Assembly (NCBI GenBank): GCA_963817915.1
Contig: CAWFQL010000010.1
Coordinates: 1 to 64,000, forward strand
Reading direction: 5' to 3'
Source of the DNA: an uncultured candidate division Zixibacteria bacterium
GTDB lineage: Bacteria; Zixibacteria; MSB-5A5; UBA10806
DNA: 64,000 nucleotides
The notes below the pieces were generated by a model that was not told where the DNA came from, searched no databases, and saw only the letters and a list, made by a program, of their open reading frames with translations. Positions within the stretch are counted from its first letter, which is position 1. Every line of letters starts with the position of its first letter. Positions 29,546-39,503 of this stretch are shown one piece after another. The translations under genes and the position numbers were made by a program.

Positions 29546-32077
29546 TCATTCTCTATTATCTTCTCTGAATTTCGAAACAGCAGCGTCAAGCCCAGATGTA
29601 TCATTCTCCTGGTAGCTGATTACGATCAAATTATTCAACGCGGTGAATGATGAAGGGAATTGCCCTAAAATCTGCCTAAGCAATGGCACGACTTCCTTGA
29701 ATTGCTTGTTTCTGATCAATTCCTGCGATGCGGTCAAATATATTTTCTCCCGTTCAGATGAGTCGGCTTGATTGATCAGCGACTTTATACTTTCGTATCG
29801 ACCGCTCCTGGCGTAGAGCATCGCCATATAGGTTCTCGCCTGCCATGATTTTTCGGGCCCTTGTATAGCTATCATATTTTCGGTTATTTTCTCGGCTGAG
29901 TCTGGATGATTCATTCTGAAATATTCATTGGAGACCTGATACATCGACGCGACATAATTCGAAATCATTCTATCGTCATTTTCATCCTTCGTCACCGATG
30001 GATCCGCAAGGCCCCTGAAATTATTAATGTCTGAAAAAATCTCGTATCCTTTCGTAGGATTTATTCGATTCTTCCCGGTCGATTCCACGATCCTGCTCGC
30101 CATACCCTCAGTTATAAAATGATCATCAAGGCCGAGACAATTTTCCGAAGGCACCGTTATCGCAAAATAAATTGGAATTTTCCATCCGCCCGATTGAACA
30201 TTGCCTACTATATGCCGAACCATTTGATCCTGAATACGCCAGACACTCGGCTGATCGGAATATTTCACTGCTCTCAATTGTTCGATTGCCTTATCATCCA
30301 TCGTAATTGGAACATTCATTTGATGCTTTAGCTGCAGAATATACCAGGGAGTATTCAAGAGGCTCAGATTGACCACTCTGACATCAGTACGATATTTTTC
30401 TACTTCCTGAATAAACCAAAGCGGAAACGTGTCATTGTCACCATTGGTAAATATTATGCCGTCCTGGTCGCAGGATCTCAGAATATTCTTGGCGTAATCG
30501 AATGGCAAATAATTTCCGGTGCGATCATTGATTTTATAATTCGCGAATGCTGTATTACCAGCAAGGGCGATTACAAGTACCGATGCCACCGCGAAAAGTC
30601 CTTTATCAGTAATTCTTCCGTATTTTTTCGAGCTGGGGTTATCGAATTTCTTTCCCAGATAATCAAGCGCCGCAGCCATTCCAATTCCAATAACAACGGC
30701 CAAATACAGGAAACCCGGAGTGTAAAAATAATCTCTGTTGCGCACCTCGGCCTGCCAGGCAATCTGCGGATTGTAAGTGCCGTCAGAGAAATTCAGATAG
30801 AATACCAACCCAACAGTGCATAATAATACCGTAAATAAAATAAACACTCCTTCCGGAGGAGACCTCTTTATCGCCTCAAATGCCCCCAAGAACCCAAAAA
30901 GCAATATATATATGATGGAAAGGCTAAACCCGAAGCTTGTTTCCTGCCCTTTGGAATCCTTCGATTTATATATATCGAATCTTTCATCGGGAGATGCGTA
31001 TTGGATATTCAATGCGCGAGCCAACCCGAAGCGTGGATGAGATATAAATTGATTCTCCCAGCTTGCTCTGCGCTTGAACATGCGGGTAATCATCGATTCC
31101 TGGCCATATTGCTTTCGTTCAAGAAAACCCTTGAATCTCGGCCAGGTCGATGGCGCATTCTCATTGATTCTGGGATTTTCCGATGCTCTAATTGGAATAT
31201 ATAATTGAGTTGAATACCCTATCGCGGCCGCAACTATGATCAGTATAGACATTATCCATGCCTTTGATTTCGTAAAAACCGACATTCCTATCGAAATCAA
31301 TAATGCCGCGAGCATTATGACGAAAAATGTCTCCAACTCCACTCGACTGATATTAATGCCGAAAATTCCCAGAATCTGGGTCTGGATCGGAATGGCATAG
31401 AGATTAAAAAGAAGCATTATTGCCCAGATAGGCCAGTGCGATAATCCGCCCTTTTTGTAATCGATATACGCCATATACAGAACCACCGGAGCCGCCAGGA
31501 TAAGTATTGTCATATGGACGCCTAATGCAAACCAGATCAAATAGGCTATGAAAATTATATAGCGATCATTGCCCTTATTGCCATAACCCTGCGCCCATAA
31601 AATAGCGATATAACTGATTATCAGCATGAGCAGCATTGCTAAACCAAAAACCTCCGCCTCGACAGCATTGCTCCAGAATGTATTCGAGAGGCCCATGATC
31701 AACGCTCCCGCAAATGATCCGATTCCGACGCCTATTCTGGATTTTCCTAACGGAAGTATTTCTTTCGTTCCGATTGAAATCCTTAGAATTAGCCAGAATG
31801 CCATGAAAACAGAAAGCGCGGAGCTTATCACGGAAATCAAATTGATTCTTACCGCGATTTCGCCTGCTATCGGAAGAAGCGCGAAAAATCTACCAATCAA
31901 TAGAAACATGGGATTGCCCGGCGGATGGGGTATTCCAAGAATATACGATGTCGCGATGAATTCGCCGCAATCCCAGAATGATACTGTTGGAGCCTTGGTC
32001 GAATTGAAAAATATAAAGCTTATTATTGTTGCGAGAATCGATAATATCAGATAATAGCGATCTTTATAAAGCTTCAT
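29546..32077 (-). CDS. DUF2723 / TMEM260-like GT-C membrane glycosyltransferase with TPR-like C-terminus (C-terminus probably continues in ORF 29410-29604)
   Basis: PTVSFWDCGEFIA..LGIPHPPG.P, WSNAVEAEVF, RNRDYFY, FTNGDNDTFPLW, VVNLSLLNTPWY. Confidence 0.9.
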   Translation of the reverse strand: MKLYKDRYYLILSILATIISFIFFNSTKAPTVSFWDCGEFIATSYILGIPHPPGNPMFLLIGRFFALLPIAGEIAVRINLISVISSALSVFMAFWLILRISIGTKEILPLGKSRIGVGIGSFAGALIMGLSNTFWSNAVEAEVFGLAMLLMLIISYIAILWAQGYGNKGNDRYIIFIAYLIWFALGVHMTILILAAPVVLYMAYIDYKKGGLSHWPIWAIMLLFNLYAIPIQTQILGIFGINISRVELETFFVIMLAALLISIGMSVFTKSKAWIMSILIIVAAAIGYSTQLYIPIRASENPRINENAPSTWPRFKGFLERKQYGQESMITRMFKRRASWENQFISHPRFGLARALNIQYASPDERFDIYKSKDSKGQETSFGFSLSIIYILLFGFLGAFEAIKRSPPEGVFILFTVLLCTVGLVFYLNFSDGTYNPQIAWQAEVRNRDYFYTPGFLYLAVVIGIGMAAALDYLGKKFDNPSSKKYGRITDKGLFAVASVLVIALAGNTAFANYKINDRTGNYLPFDYAKNILRSCDQDGIIFTNGDNDTFPLWFIQEVEKYRTDVRVVNLSLLNTPWYILQLKHQMNVPITMDDKAIEQLRAVKYSDQPSVWRIQDQMVRHIVGNVQSGGWKIPIYFAITVPSENCLGLDDHFITEGMASRIVESTGKNRINPTKGYEIFSDINNFRGLADPSVTKDENDDRMISNYVASMYQVSNEYFRMNHPDSAEKITENMIAIQGPEKSWQARTYMAMLYARSGRYESIKSLINQADSSEREKIYLTASQELIRNKQFKEVVPLLRQILGQFPSSFTALNNLIVISYQENDTSGLDAAVSKFREDNRE

Positions 32078-32808
32078 TTCTCTCGCCGTATTTCATAAAA
32101 TATCGTAGTGCCCATCGATCTGAAAATCGGCAGCCTATCGAATATATTGGAAAATATGACATCTAATTTTGAATCTTTAAATAATCTTAGCGGAGGAAGT
32201 CGAAATGATAATATCGTCCATTTCGTTTTATGGAAACCATTGCCAAATATTCTTTTCACGGCCTTAACATCCAATTGTGTCTCATCGGGAGAGAAGCAGC
32301 CGATTAGCTTCTTCACAAAGCCGGTGCCCATAATCTTCATGACAATCAATCTCAGATTATAATAGACATAATTGATGCTTGTCCTGTGCGGCTCGCAGAT
32401 AAAAATCCATCCGCCCGGCCTTAGTAATCGTGCCGCTTCTCTTAGCGATTTCTCCTGGCTCGGTAGATGATGGAGTATTCCCACATAGATAATAAAATCC
32501 ATCGAATTATCTTTGAACGGCAATATCTGGGCGTCGCTGATCGCCCGCGCCGATTTGGGATCATTTTTCTCGACCAATGATTTGGTAATATCCGAAACAA
32601 TCATCAAATTATCATTATTGAATCTATAAGCATGCTCCGAAATACCGCACCCGAGCTCGAGAATATTCAGTCCCTTCAAATTCAGCGATGACATATACTT
32701 GTCGACCTCGGCTTTCAATCGACGGGTATACGGCCGTGCCATCAATTCTAGATACGCCTGAGTGTCGTCAAATGCGTCAATTTCTTTTTGTAGTCGAGCT
32801 TCTGCCAT
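32074..32808 (-). CDS. Class I SAM-dependent methyltransferase (type 11-like)
   Basis: LELGCG, DAQILPF.D.S.D, LHH, RLLRPGG. Confidence 0.88.
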   Translation of the reverse strand: MAEARLQKEIDAFDDTQAYLELMARPYTRRLKAEVDKYMSSLNLKGLNILELGCGISEHAYRFNNDNLMIVSDITKSLVEKNDPKSARAISDAQILPFKDNSMDFIIYVGILHHLPSQEKSLREAARLLRPGGWIFICEPHRTSINYVYYNLRLIVMKIMGTGFVKKLIGCFSPDETQLDVKAVKRIFGNGFHKTKWTILSFRLPPLRLFKDSKLDVIFSNIFDRLPIFRSMGTTIFYEIRREK

Positions 32809-32885
32809 ATTTTAAAAAAGCGCTGTAATATATGCGCCTCTATCGATAATTTATCATTAATTCAAAATATGTCAACGCAAATTGG

Positions 32886-33290
32886 CTATATATCTTTGCT
32901 TAACGCGTCAAGAACGCCATTGACGAATCTGCCGGATTCCGATGATCCGTAGATTTTCGCCAATTCAATCGCTTCGTCTATGGATACTTTTCTGGGTATA
33001 TCCGGAAAAAAATTCAACTCTGCCAGGCTCAAACGGAGAATATTTTTATCTATGATTGCCAAACGTTCCATTTCCCAATTTTCTGTATGCTTCGCTATTG
33101 CGGCATCTAGAAACGCCACATTTTCAACTACCTTCAAAAGTAGAGCGAGCGCGAATTCAGCCGTGTCACCTTGCAGCTGATGCCGTTCGGCCGAAAATGG
33201 AAAAATCTCTTTGGGATCGACATCGCCCCGAATTTCCCAGCAATACAATGATTCTAAAACAGCTTCGCGAGCTTTGCGCCGTTGGCCCAT
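32886..33290 (-). CDS. nusB: Transcription antitermination factor NusB
   Basis: RRKAREA, IDKNILR, VSIDEAIELAK, FVNGVLD; follows ribH. Confidence 0.97.
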   Translation of the reverse strand: MGQRRKAREAVLESLYCWEIRGDVDPKEIFPFSAERHQLQGDTAEFALALLLKVVENVAFLDAAIAKHTENWEMERLAIIDKNILRLSLAELNFFPDIPRKVSIDEAIELAKIYGSSESGRFVNGVLDALSKDI

Positions 33291-33754
33291 CAGATTTTGC
33301 TATAAAGGCTGATCATTTCAATAGCCGTCAATGCGGCCTGGAAACCCTTATTCCCCTGCTTTGCGCCAGCGCGTTCAATTGCCTGCTCAAGTGTATCAGC
33401 TGTTATAATTCCATATATCACAGGGAATGATTTGTCGATTGCAATCTTCGCAATTCCCTTGGCTGTCTCAGATGCTATATAATCAAAATGAGGCGTCTCA
33501 CCGCGTATAACCGCGCCAAGGCAGATAACCGCATCATATTTTTTGGAATCGGCAATTTTAGCTGCGATATATGGCAATTCGAACGATCCCGGCACCCAAA
33601 TAATCGTGATATGGTCATCCGATGCGCCATGTCTCAGGAGACAATCAATCGCGCCATCTTTGAGCTTGCCCGTAATAAAATCATTGAATCGCGCGACCAC
33701 AATCGCGATTTTTTTGTCCTTGGCATTAAGTTCCCCGCCGATCTCTTTGACCAT
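33290..33754 (-). CDS. ribH: 6,7-dimethyl-8-ribityllumazine synthase
   Basis: VARFN, VPGSFE, GAVIRGETPHFDY. Confidence 0.98.
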   Translation of the reverse strand: MVKEIGGELNAKDKKIAIVVARFNDFITGKLKDGAIDCLLRHGASDDHITIIWVPGSFELPYIAAKIADSKKYDAVICLGAVIRGETPHFDYIASETAKGIAKIAIDKSFPVIYGIITADTLEQAIERAGAKQGNKGFQAALTAIEMISLYSKI

Positions 33755-33764
33755 ATCGCACTCC

Positions 33765-34997
33765 TTATTTGCATCCTTTTAAATTGGATTCATCAATTAT
33801 ATCTATCAAATGCCCCAATTTGTCGCGCTTGGTTTCAAGGTAGCGGGCATTATATTTATTCGGTTTGATTTCCAGAGGAATACGATCAGTGACTGTGAGA
33901 TTATACCCCTGAATTCCAACAATCTTCTTTGGATTATTGGTTATAAGCTTGATTGTTGATAATCCCAAATCAGCCAGTATCTGAGCCCCAATCCCATAAT
34001 CGCGGAGGTCGGCCGGGAATCCCAAATCAGCGTTGGCCTCGACTGTATCTCTTCCCTGGTCCTGAAGTTTATAAGCCAAAATTTTATTGGCCAGCCCGAT
34101 ACCTCGACCTTCCTGCCTCATATAAAGCACAACACCCAATCCTTCGTCCTCAATCAGATCCAGCGCTTTGGCAAGCTGTTCTCCGCAATCGCATCTGCAT
34201 GAGCCGAAAACATCCCCGGTAAGACATGACGAATGCACTCGAACCATGACGTCTTTCTTGCCGTTGACTTCTCCCTTTTCGATTGCAAGGTGATGATGCT
34301 CGTCGATTGAGCTCTTATAGAGATGAAGCTTGAACGTCCCATGCTTGGTCGGAAAATTTACCGTCGTAACTCGTTCAACAAGCTTCTCGTTCATCCGCCG
34401 ATAGCTGATTAAATCTTCGACTGTGACTATCTTCAAATTATGCTCTTCTGCCATCTTCATCAATTGAGGCAGTCGCATCATGCTGCCGTCATCGTCGAGG
34501 ATTTCGCAGAGAACGCCATAAGGCCTTAATCCGGCGAGGCGGCAAAGATCTGATGTTGCCTCCGTATGACCGGCGCGGGAAAGCACGCCGCCCGGTAGGG
34601 CTTCAAGTGGAAATATATGACCCGGACGACCTAAATCCTCCGGAGCAGTTTCCTTATCTGCCAAGGCCCTAATTGTAGCCGCCCGATCATGAGCGGAAAT
34701 TCCCGTGGTAGTATTTTTTGTCGCGTCGACCGAGACAGTAAATCGGGTACCATGTAAGGCGGTGTTTACCTGCACCATCGGATTAAGCTTGAGGCTTTCC
34801 ATTCTTTCCGACGGCATAGGGACGCATATCAGACCGCGGCCATATTTGGTCAGAAAATTGACTTTCTCAGGTGTAACGAATTCAGCTGCCATAACGAGGT
34901 CGCCTTCATTTTCGCGGTCCTCGTCATCAACGACAATAATCATCCTGCCGTTTCGGATCCACTCTATGGCTTCATTGATATTGGAGAAATTGGTCAT
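33765..34997 (-). CDS. ribBA: Bifunctional DHBP synthase / GTP cyclohydrolase II
   Basis: DDEDRENEGD, RPGHIFPL, RVHSSCLTGD..SCRCDCG, QEGRGIG. Confidence 0.98.
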   Translation of the reverse strand: MTNFSNINEAIEWIRNGRMIIVVDDEDRENEGDLVMAAEFVTPEKVNFLTKYGRGLICVPMPSERMESLKLNPMVQVNTALHGTRFTVSVDATKNTTTGISAHDRAATIRALADKETAPEDLGRPGHIFPLEALPGGVLSRAGHTEATSDLCRLAGLRPYGVLCEILDDDGSMMRLPQLMKMAEEHNLKIVTVEDLISYRRMNEKLVERVTTVNFPTKHGTFKLHLYKSSIDEHHHLAIEKGEVNGKKDVMVRVHSSCLTGDVFGSCRCDCGEQLAKALDLIEDEGLGVVLYMRQEGRGIGLANKILAYKLQDQGRDTVEANADLGFPADLRDYGIGAQILADLGLSTIKLITNNPKKIVGIQGYNLTVTDRIPLEIKPNKYNARYLETKRDKLGHLIDIIDESNLKGCK

Positions 34998-35031
34998 TTT
35001 CTACTATCATGGTTTGGCTCCGCGCCAATTA

Positions 35032-35665
35032 TTAATAACCATGCTCCTTTAAGAATTCCGATGTAATCCCTTTTTTCGATGATGAAATCATCTTTTCGAT
35101 ATATTTGGCCACGAGGTCAAATTCGAGATTAACGCTGTCACCAGATTTTTTATATTTGAAAATCGTATTTTCGAATGTATGCGGAATTATCGAGACCTGA
35201 AATCCACCGTTCGAATTTTCGGCTACGGTAAGGCTGATGCCGTCGACCGCGACCGACCCTTTTTTGATGATATAATTATCAAATTTTCCAGGATATTTAA
35301 TCGTAAATAAATGGCTTCCTTCAAACGGCGTGATCCCGGAAATCTGCCCGACACAATCGACATGCCCCTGAACAAGATGGCCGTGCAAAAGATCGCTTAA
35401 TTTTAGCGGCGATCTCGAGATTTACGAATGAACCCGAACGAAGCTCGCCGATATTCGTATATTTTAATGTCTCTTTGACAGCTTCAACACCGAAATAATC
35501 TTTGTTCCTGGAAATAAGTGTCAGGCAGGCGCCATTAACCGCGATCGATGAGCCGATCTCGGATTCAACTGCAATTTTATGATATTCTATCTCGATTGAT
35601 AGATTACCGGCGTTGGGTCTTAATGATTTGACCCGTCCAACTTCCTGAACTATTCCTGTAAACAT
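35032..35665 (-). CDS. ribE: Riboflavin synthase, frameshifted near 35390
   Basis: MFTGIV, AVNGACLT, GHLVQGHVD, DGISLT, IIPHT. Confidence 0.95.
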
Positions 35666-35670
35666 ACATA

Positions 35671-36741
35671 TTACCAGACAGGTCTGCCGCTTATTATAAA
35701 ATCCGGTCCGGAGGAAATAGTTTCGACATTATCTATTTTTATTGTATCTGCCATTTTTTTGATTCCCAAATCACCAATAGCAACTATGCCATCGCCGATA
35801 ATCATGGGAGCGATACAGATAATGATCTTGTCAGCCTGCTTCTGCTTCAAGAATGATGTCAGCGCTCCTGCACCGCCCTCAACCAAGAGATTCATGACGC
35901 CTATTTTGCCAAGATTGGTCAAAAGCGATTCCAATGAAATACCGTCCTTGCCATTTTCTGTCGGAAGATATTCGACGCCTTTGGTTTTTTTGATTTTGGA
36001 AAGCTTTGAGAATGCGACATACGTTGGGGCCGCTTTATCCTTGAAAAGCTTTTTATCGTAAGGAATCTTTCCCGAACTTGATAAAATAATCCTTATCGGA
36101 TTAGTCCCCTTTACCAGACGAGTTGTCAGGAGAGGATCATCTTTTCTTAATGTCCCGGCGCCGATAAGTATGGCATCATTGGACGCCCGCAATTTATGCG
36201 AATATTTCAGCGATTGCGGCGATGATATCCATTGCGAACTGCCTGCGCCTGCCGCGATACGACCATCGACACTCTGCGCGTACTTCAATGTCACATACGG
36301 CTTATTGGTAGTGATAAATTTGAAATATGGCCGATAAAACTCCTCGGCATACTCCTTGAGCGGCCCGACAACAACATCGATACCCGCCGCCTTCAGCCGT
36401 TCGAATCCCTTGCCATTAACAACCGGATTCTTATCGATAATCGGGCTGACCACTTTCTTGATTCCGGCTTCAATGATGGCATTGACACATGGTGGTGTCT
36501 TGCCGAAATGATCGCATGGCTCCAATGTCGTGATCAATGTCGCGCCATAGGCTTCGCCGCCCGCTTTTTTTATTGCGACTATTTCCGCGTGCGGCCCACC
36601 GGCCTTGCGATGAAAACCATCCGATATAGTGCGATGATCTTTTGCTATGATAGCACCAACTGCAGGATTCGGCGATGTGTATCCCAAACCCTTCTCGGCC
36701 AATTCAAAGGCCTTGCGCATTAATTTGTCAAATTCACCCAA
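35671..36741 (-). CDS. ribD: Bifunctional deaminase/reductase RibD
   Basis: PNP.VG, HAE, TLEPCDH.GKTPPC, VEGG; start placed at TTG 36741 (ATG 36720 is an alternative). Confidence 0.96.
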   Translation of the reverse strand: MGEFDKLMRKAFELAEKGLGYTSPNPAVGAIIAKDHRTISDGFHRKAGGPHAEIVAIKKAGGEAYGATLITTLEPCDHFGKTPPCVNAIIEAGIKKVVSPIIDKNPVVNGKGFERLKAAGIDVVVGPLKEYAEEFYRPYFKFITTNKPYVTLKYAQSVDGRIAAGAGSSQWISSPQSLKYSHKLRASNDAILIGAGTLRKDDPLLTTRLVKGTNPIRIILSSSGKIPYDKKLFKDKAAPTYVAFSKLSKIKKTKGVEYLPTENGKDGISLESLLTNLGKIGVMNLLVEGGAGALTSFLKQKQADKIIICIAPMIIGDGIVAIGDLGIKKMADTIKIDNVETISSGPDFIISGRPVW

Positions 36742-36763
36742 ATAAAAACCCCTTTCTCGGGGT
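36741..36763 (-). terminator. Riboswitch expression-platform hairpin with U-tract, overlapping the ribD RBS
   Basis: ACCCC-GAGAAA-GGGGT followed by TTTTATTT on the minus strand. Confidence 0.55.
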
Positions 36764-36808
36764 ATATCCGAACAGTTTAAACGATATGAACAACTCATAT
36801 CGCCTTCG

Positions 36809-36927
36809 TTCTTCTTTCATCCGGACTATACCGTCGGCTCCGGATTTCCACCGGCTCCTGTCCTATCCAATAGGACTCGCGGGCTGTGACCGCCGATCGA
36901 GGAATTTCGCCTCACCCCGAAGATGAC
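36809..36927 (-). ncRNA. FMN riboswitch (RFN element)
   Basis: Reverse complement ATCTTCGGGGTGAGGCGAAATTCCTCGATCGGCGGT..AGCCCGCGAG...CCGGTGGAAATCCGGAGCCGACGGTATAGTCCGGATGAAAGAAGA, upstream of the rib operon. Confidence 0.97.
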
Positions 36928-36929
36928 CC

Positions 36930-36958
36930 AATATAGACAATATGACATTGAATGTCAA
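36930..36958 (-). promoter_or_regulatory. Sigma70 promoter of the rib operon
   Basis: TTGACA-17 nt-TATATT immediately upstream of the riboswitch. Confidence 0.8.
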
Positions 36959-36988
36959 GTGCTTGGCCGATTATTTTTCCCGCATAGA

Positions 36989-37444
36989 GTAGGGCGGAAC
37001 CCCCGCGGTTCCGTCCAATCGAGTTCGGACAGGTCGTAGACCCGACATGAAATGTCGGGGCGTGACCTGTCCGCCAAATCATTCATTTGGGTGGCAGTCG
37101 TCATCGACTGCCCCAAATGGGCTGCAATCGCGATATACTGTAGCCCAAAACCCCTGTGGTTTTGGGGTATATCCCCAAATCTCTTCGAGATTTAGGCTAC
37201 TGCCTGCCTTATCCACCTGTCATGCCGCACTCGATGCGGCATCCATCTTTATTGTGCGTGTCAAAGCTCGCTTTGACCGCAAAAACTGATGCGGTCGAAT
37301 TAAACTTCGACACGCAAAGGTGTTTCCTTGCGAGTCAGGGCTTGCCCTGACCGCAACAAGACTGGATGCAATCGCAGCATCTTGTAGCCCAAAACCCCTG
37401 TGGTTTTGGGATATGCCCCCAAATCTCTTCGAGATTTAGGCTAC
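36989..37444. repeat. Cluster of REP-like palindromes, including a 61-bp GTAG...CTAC doublet repeated at 37140-37200 and 37384-37444
   Basis: Direct reading of multiple hairpins and the near-identical direct repeat. Confidence 0.85.
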
Positions 37445-37570
37445 GGCCTTTTGAACTTGATGCAAAAAGGCAATTTATTCTTGACATGGAGCCAATAGAC
37501 CATTAATATATAACCACATACTTTGATTTCGTACGCTTTGGCCTAAAAAGGAGCAACAGGTTAGGCTTTT

Positions 37571-39304
37571 ATGCTGAGTAATAAGATCAAAATTTGGGCA
37601 GGTATATTTTTCCTTATCTCATCGTTATGTTTTACCGAGATCGGTTTTTCGGATCCGGTCGGCGAGGTTTTTATCGGGGGCAATACCTGGATTGAGGCAC
37701 AGTGGGGCACGTCCAATAAAGATGATCAGATAGTTCTTGATACGGTTAATAATACTATTCATATAGTCTGGACCTATTCTCCCCCGCCTCCATACGCTGG
37801 TAGAGGTATAAGCCGGTACAACAGCTATATCCCTGGAGTTGGTTGGAGATATTCTGAACTCGGATTCGACATGTTTCCAGGCAATTACAGCCACATTCAG
37901 CATACTATAATGCTGGTTGATACACTTGGCGATTGGCAGGATCTCGAGATAGGTATTAAAACACGAGGTTACGATAAATTCCGCGCTTGGTGGGATGGGG
38001 ATAGAGTCAGATCGTCGCAGATAGATACGACTCTTGGGGTTGATTATGTACTTATGGCAAATAGCCGCAATAGGCGGATTCACATGCTGGGCCTGAATGG
38101 GACAATCTACAACTGCCTCTATCACAATTCCTACATTATAGAGCCGTTCCATGTATCCGGCTGGGTTCTATTCGATACATTAACGCACCTTACCTATGCC
38201 GTCGCCTGCTCTCCGATTTCCGAACGAACAGCGATCTCCTATTTTCGCCAGAAGCATTTCGGGGGAGAGCCTTGGGAATCAGTCGACCAGGACGTCTATT
38301 TGAGGCTTTCGTCAGACGGAATTCAATGGAGCGATAGGATAAACATTACGAACTTCGGTTATTCGGATATCTTCAGACCGACCATACAAAACGAAGTTAT
38401 GTTTGACTATGATGACATTGCTCACGTGGCTTTTCTGACCTATGAAACGAGGCTGACTCCCGATAGCATCCTGGAATCAAACCCCAACATGAGCTTTATC
38501 TGGCACTGGAGCGAGGTGTCTGACTCATTTACAGTCGCCGCATACGGCTGGATTCAGAATCCGCCGGATTATAGTTTGGGGGCAATGAAATATCCTGTCA
38601 ATTCCCCTCAGATGGCCGTCAATCCGCGCAACGGATATATCTATCTGCTATATGAAGCCTATAATTACGACGACATGTCGATAGCCCAATACCCCAATGC
38701 AGATTTATGGCTGACTGTTTCCACCGATGGCGGACTCAACTGGGCGACAGCCACAAATGTCACAAACACGCAGACGCCTGATTGTATTCCCGGCCAATGC
38801 GCATCTGAGATTCAGGCTTCAATGAACGAGTTGGTGAATGATACTCTTCACATTCTTTACATTTTAGATAAGGACGCAGGGATCTATTGGGGGCAGAATG
38901 AGGGATCTTTGACAGAAGCCAAGGTGGTCTATCAGAAAATTCCTGCCAGCCTCATCCCCACAGTACCTCTTCTGCCGCAATTTTCTATTAGGTCGGACCC
39001 GAGGACTGATATAAATCCGGGCGAATCGCTGCCTTTGCCACAGAGTATTTCGTTTTTGCGAAATTACCCAAATCCTTTCAATTCATCTACTACTATCAGC
39101 TATTTCCTTTCCAAATCAAGCCTTGTTAATATTGCTATCTATAACCTTCTCGGTCAGAAGGTCGCGACACTTTTAAATGAAAATCAAAGCGCTGGAGAGC
39201 ATTCTACCGTTTGGAATGCCAACAAAGTCCCATCCGGAATGTATTCTATCAAAATTAAGACAAATGATTTTGTCGAGACCAAGAAATGCCTGCTCTTGAA
39301 ATAA
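37571..39304 (+). CDS. Secreted protein with C-terminal T9SS-type-A/FlgD-Ig-like domain
   Basis: Signal peptide; STDGGLNW Asp-box; NYPNPFNSSTTI..IYNLLGQKV..W....SGMY..KKCLLLK. Confidence 0.85.
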   Translation: MLSNKIKIWAGIFFLISSLCFTEIGFSDPVGEVFIGGNTWIEAQWGTSNKDDQIVLDTVNNTIHIVWTYSPPPPYAGRGISRYNSYIPGVGWRYSELGFDMFPGNYSHIQHTIMLVDTLGDWQDLEIGIKTRGYDKFRAWWDGDRVRSSQIDTTLGVDYVLMANSRNRRIHMLGLNGTIYNCLYHNSYIIEPFHVSGWVLFDTLTHLTYAVACSPISERTAISYFRQKHFGGEPWESVDQDVYLRLSSDGIQWSDRINITNFGYSDIFRPTIQNEVMFDYDDIAHVAFLTYETRLTPDSILESNPNMSFIWHWSEVSDSFTVAAYGWIQNPPDYSLGAMKYPVNSPQMAVNPRNGYIYLLYEAYNYDDMSIAQYPNADLWLTVSTDGGLNWATATNVTNTQTPDCIPGQCASEIQASMNELVNDTLHILYILDKDAGIYWGQNEGSLTEAKVVYQKIPASLIPTVPLLPQFSIRSDPRTDINPGESLPLPQSISFLRNYPNPFNSSTTISYFLSKSSLVNIAIYNLLGQKVATLLNENQSAGEHSTVWNANKVPSGMYSIKIKTNDFVETKKCLLLK

Positions 39305-39363
39305 TCTAGACTATTCGATCATAGCCTAACTCCATATCCTCTTTGTAGTATTTCATTTTCCCC

Positions 39364-39411
39364 TTGACAACTGCACAAGTGTTCATTATTATTAAACTGC
39401 ACGTATGTGCA
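39364..39411 (+). promoter_or_regulatory. Sigma70 promoter with two putative LexA boxes
   Basis: TTGACA(39364-69)-17 nt-TATTAT(39387-92); TGCAC-AAGT-GTTCA (39372-85) and TGCAC-GTAT-GTGCA (39398-411). Confidence 0.75.
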
Positions 39412-39503
39412 GGTCGATAATGATTAGGGAGTAATATGAATAACACAGGCAGACGAGACGTCTTCTGCGCCCAGTCAATAGTCGACGTGATTTAGGGAGT
39501 AAT

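Noticed and set aside
36742..36798. Extended ribD N-terminus
   Set aside because: Lies inside the riboswitch expression platform
36989..37444. CRISPR array
   Set aside because: No constant repeat with regular unique spacers, and no cas genes in the window
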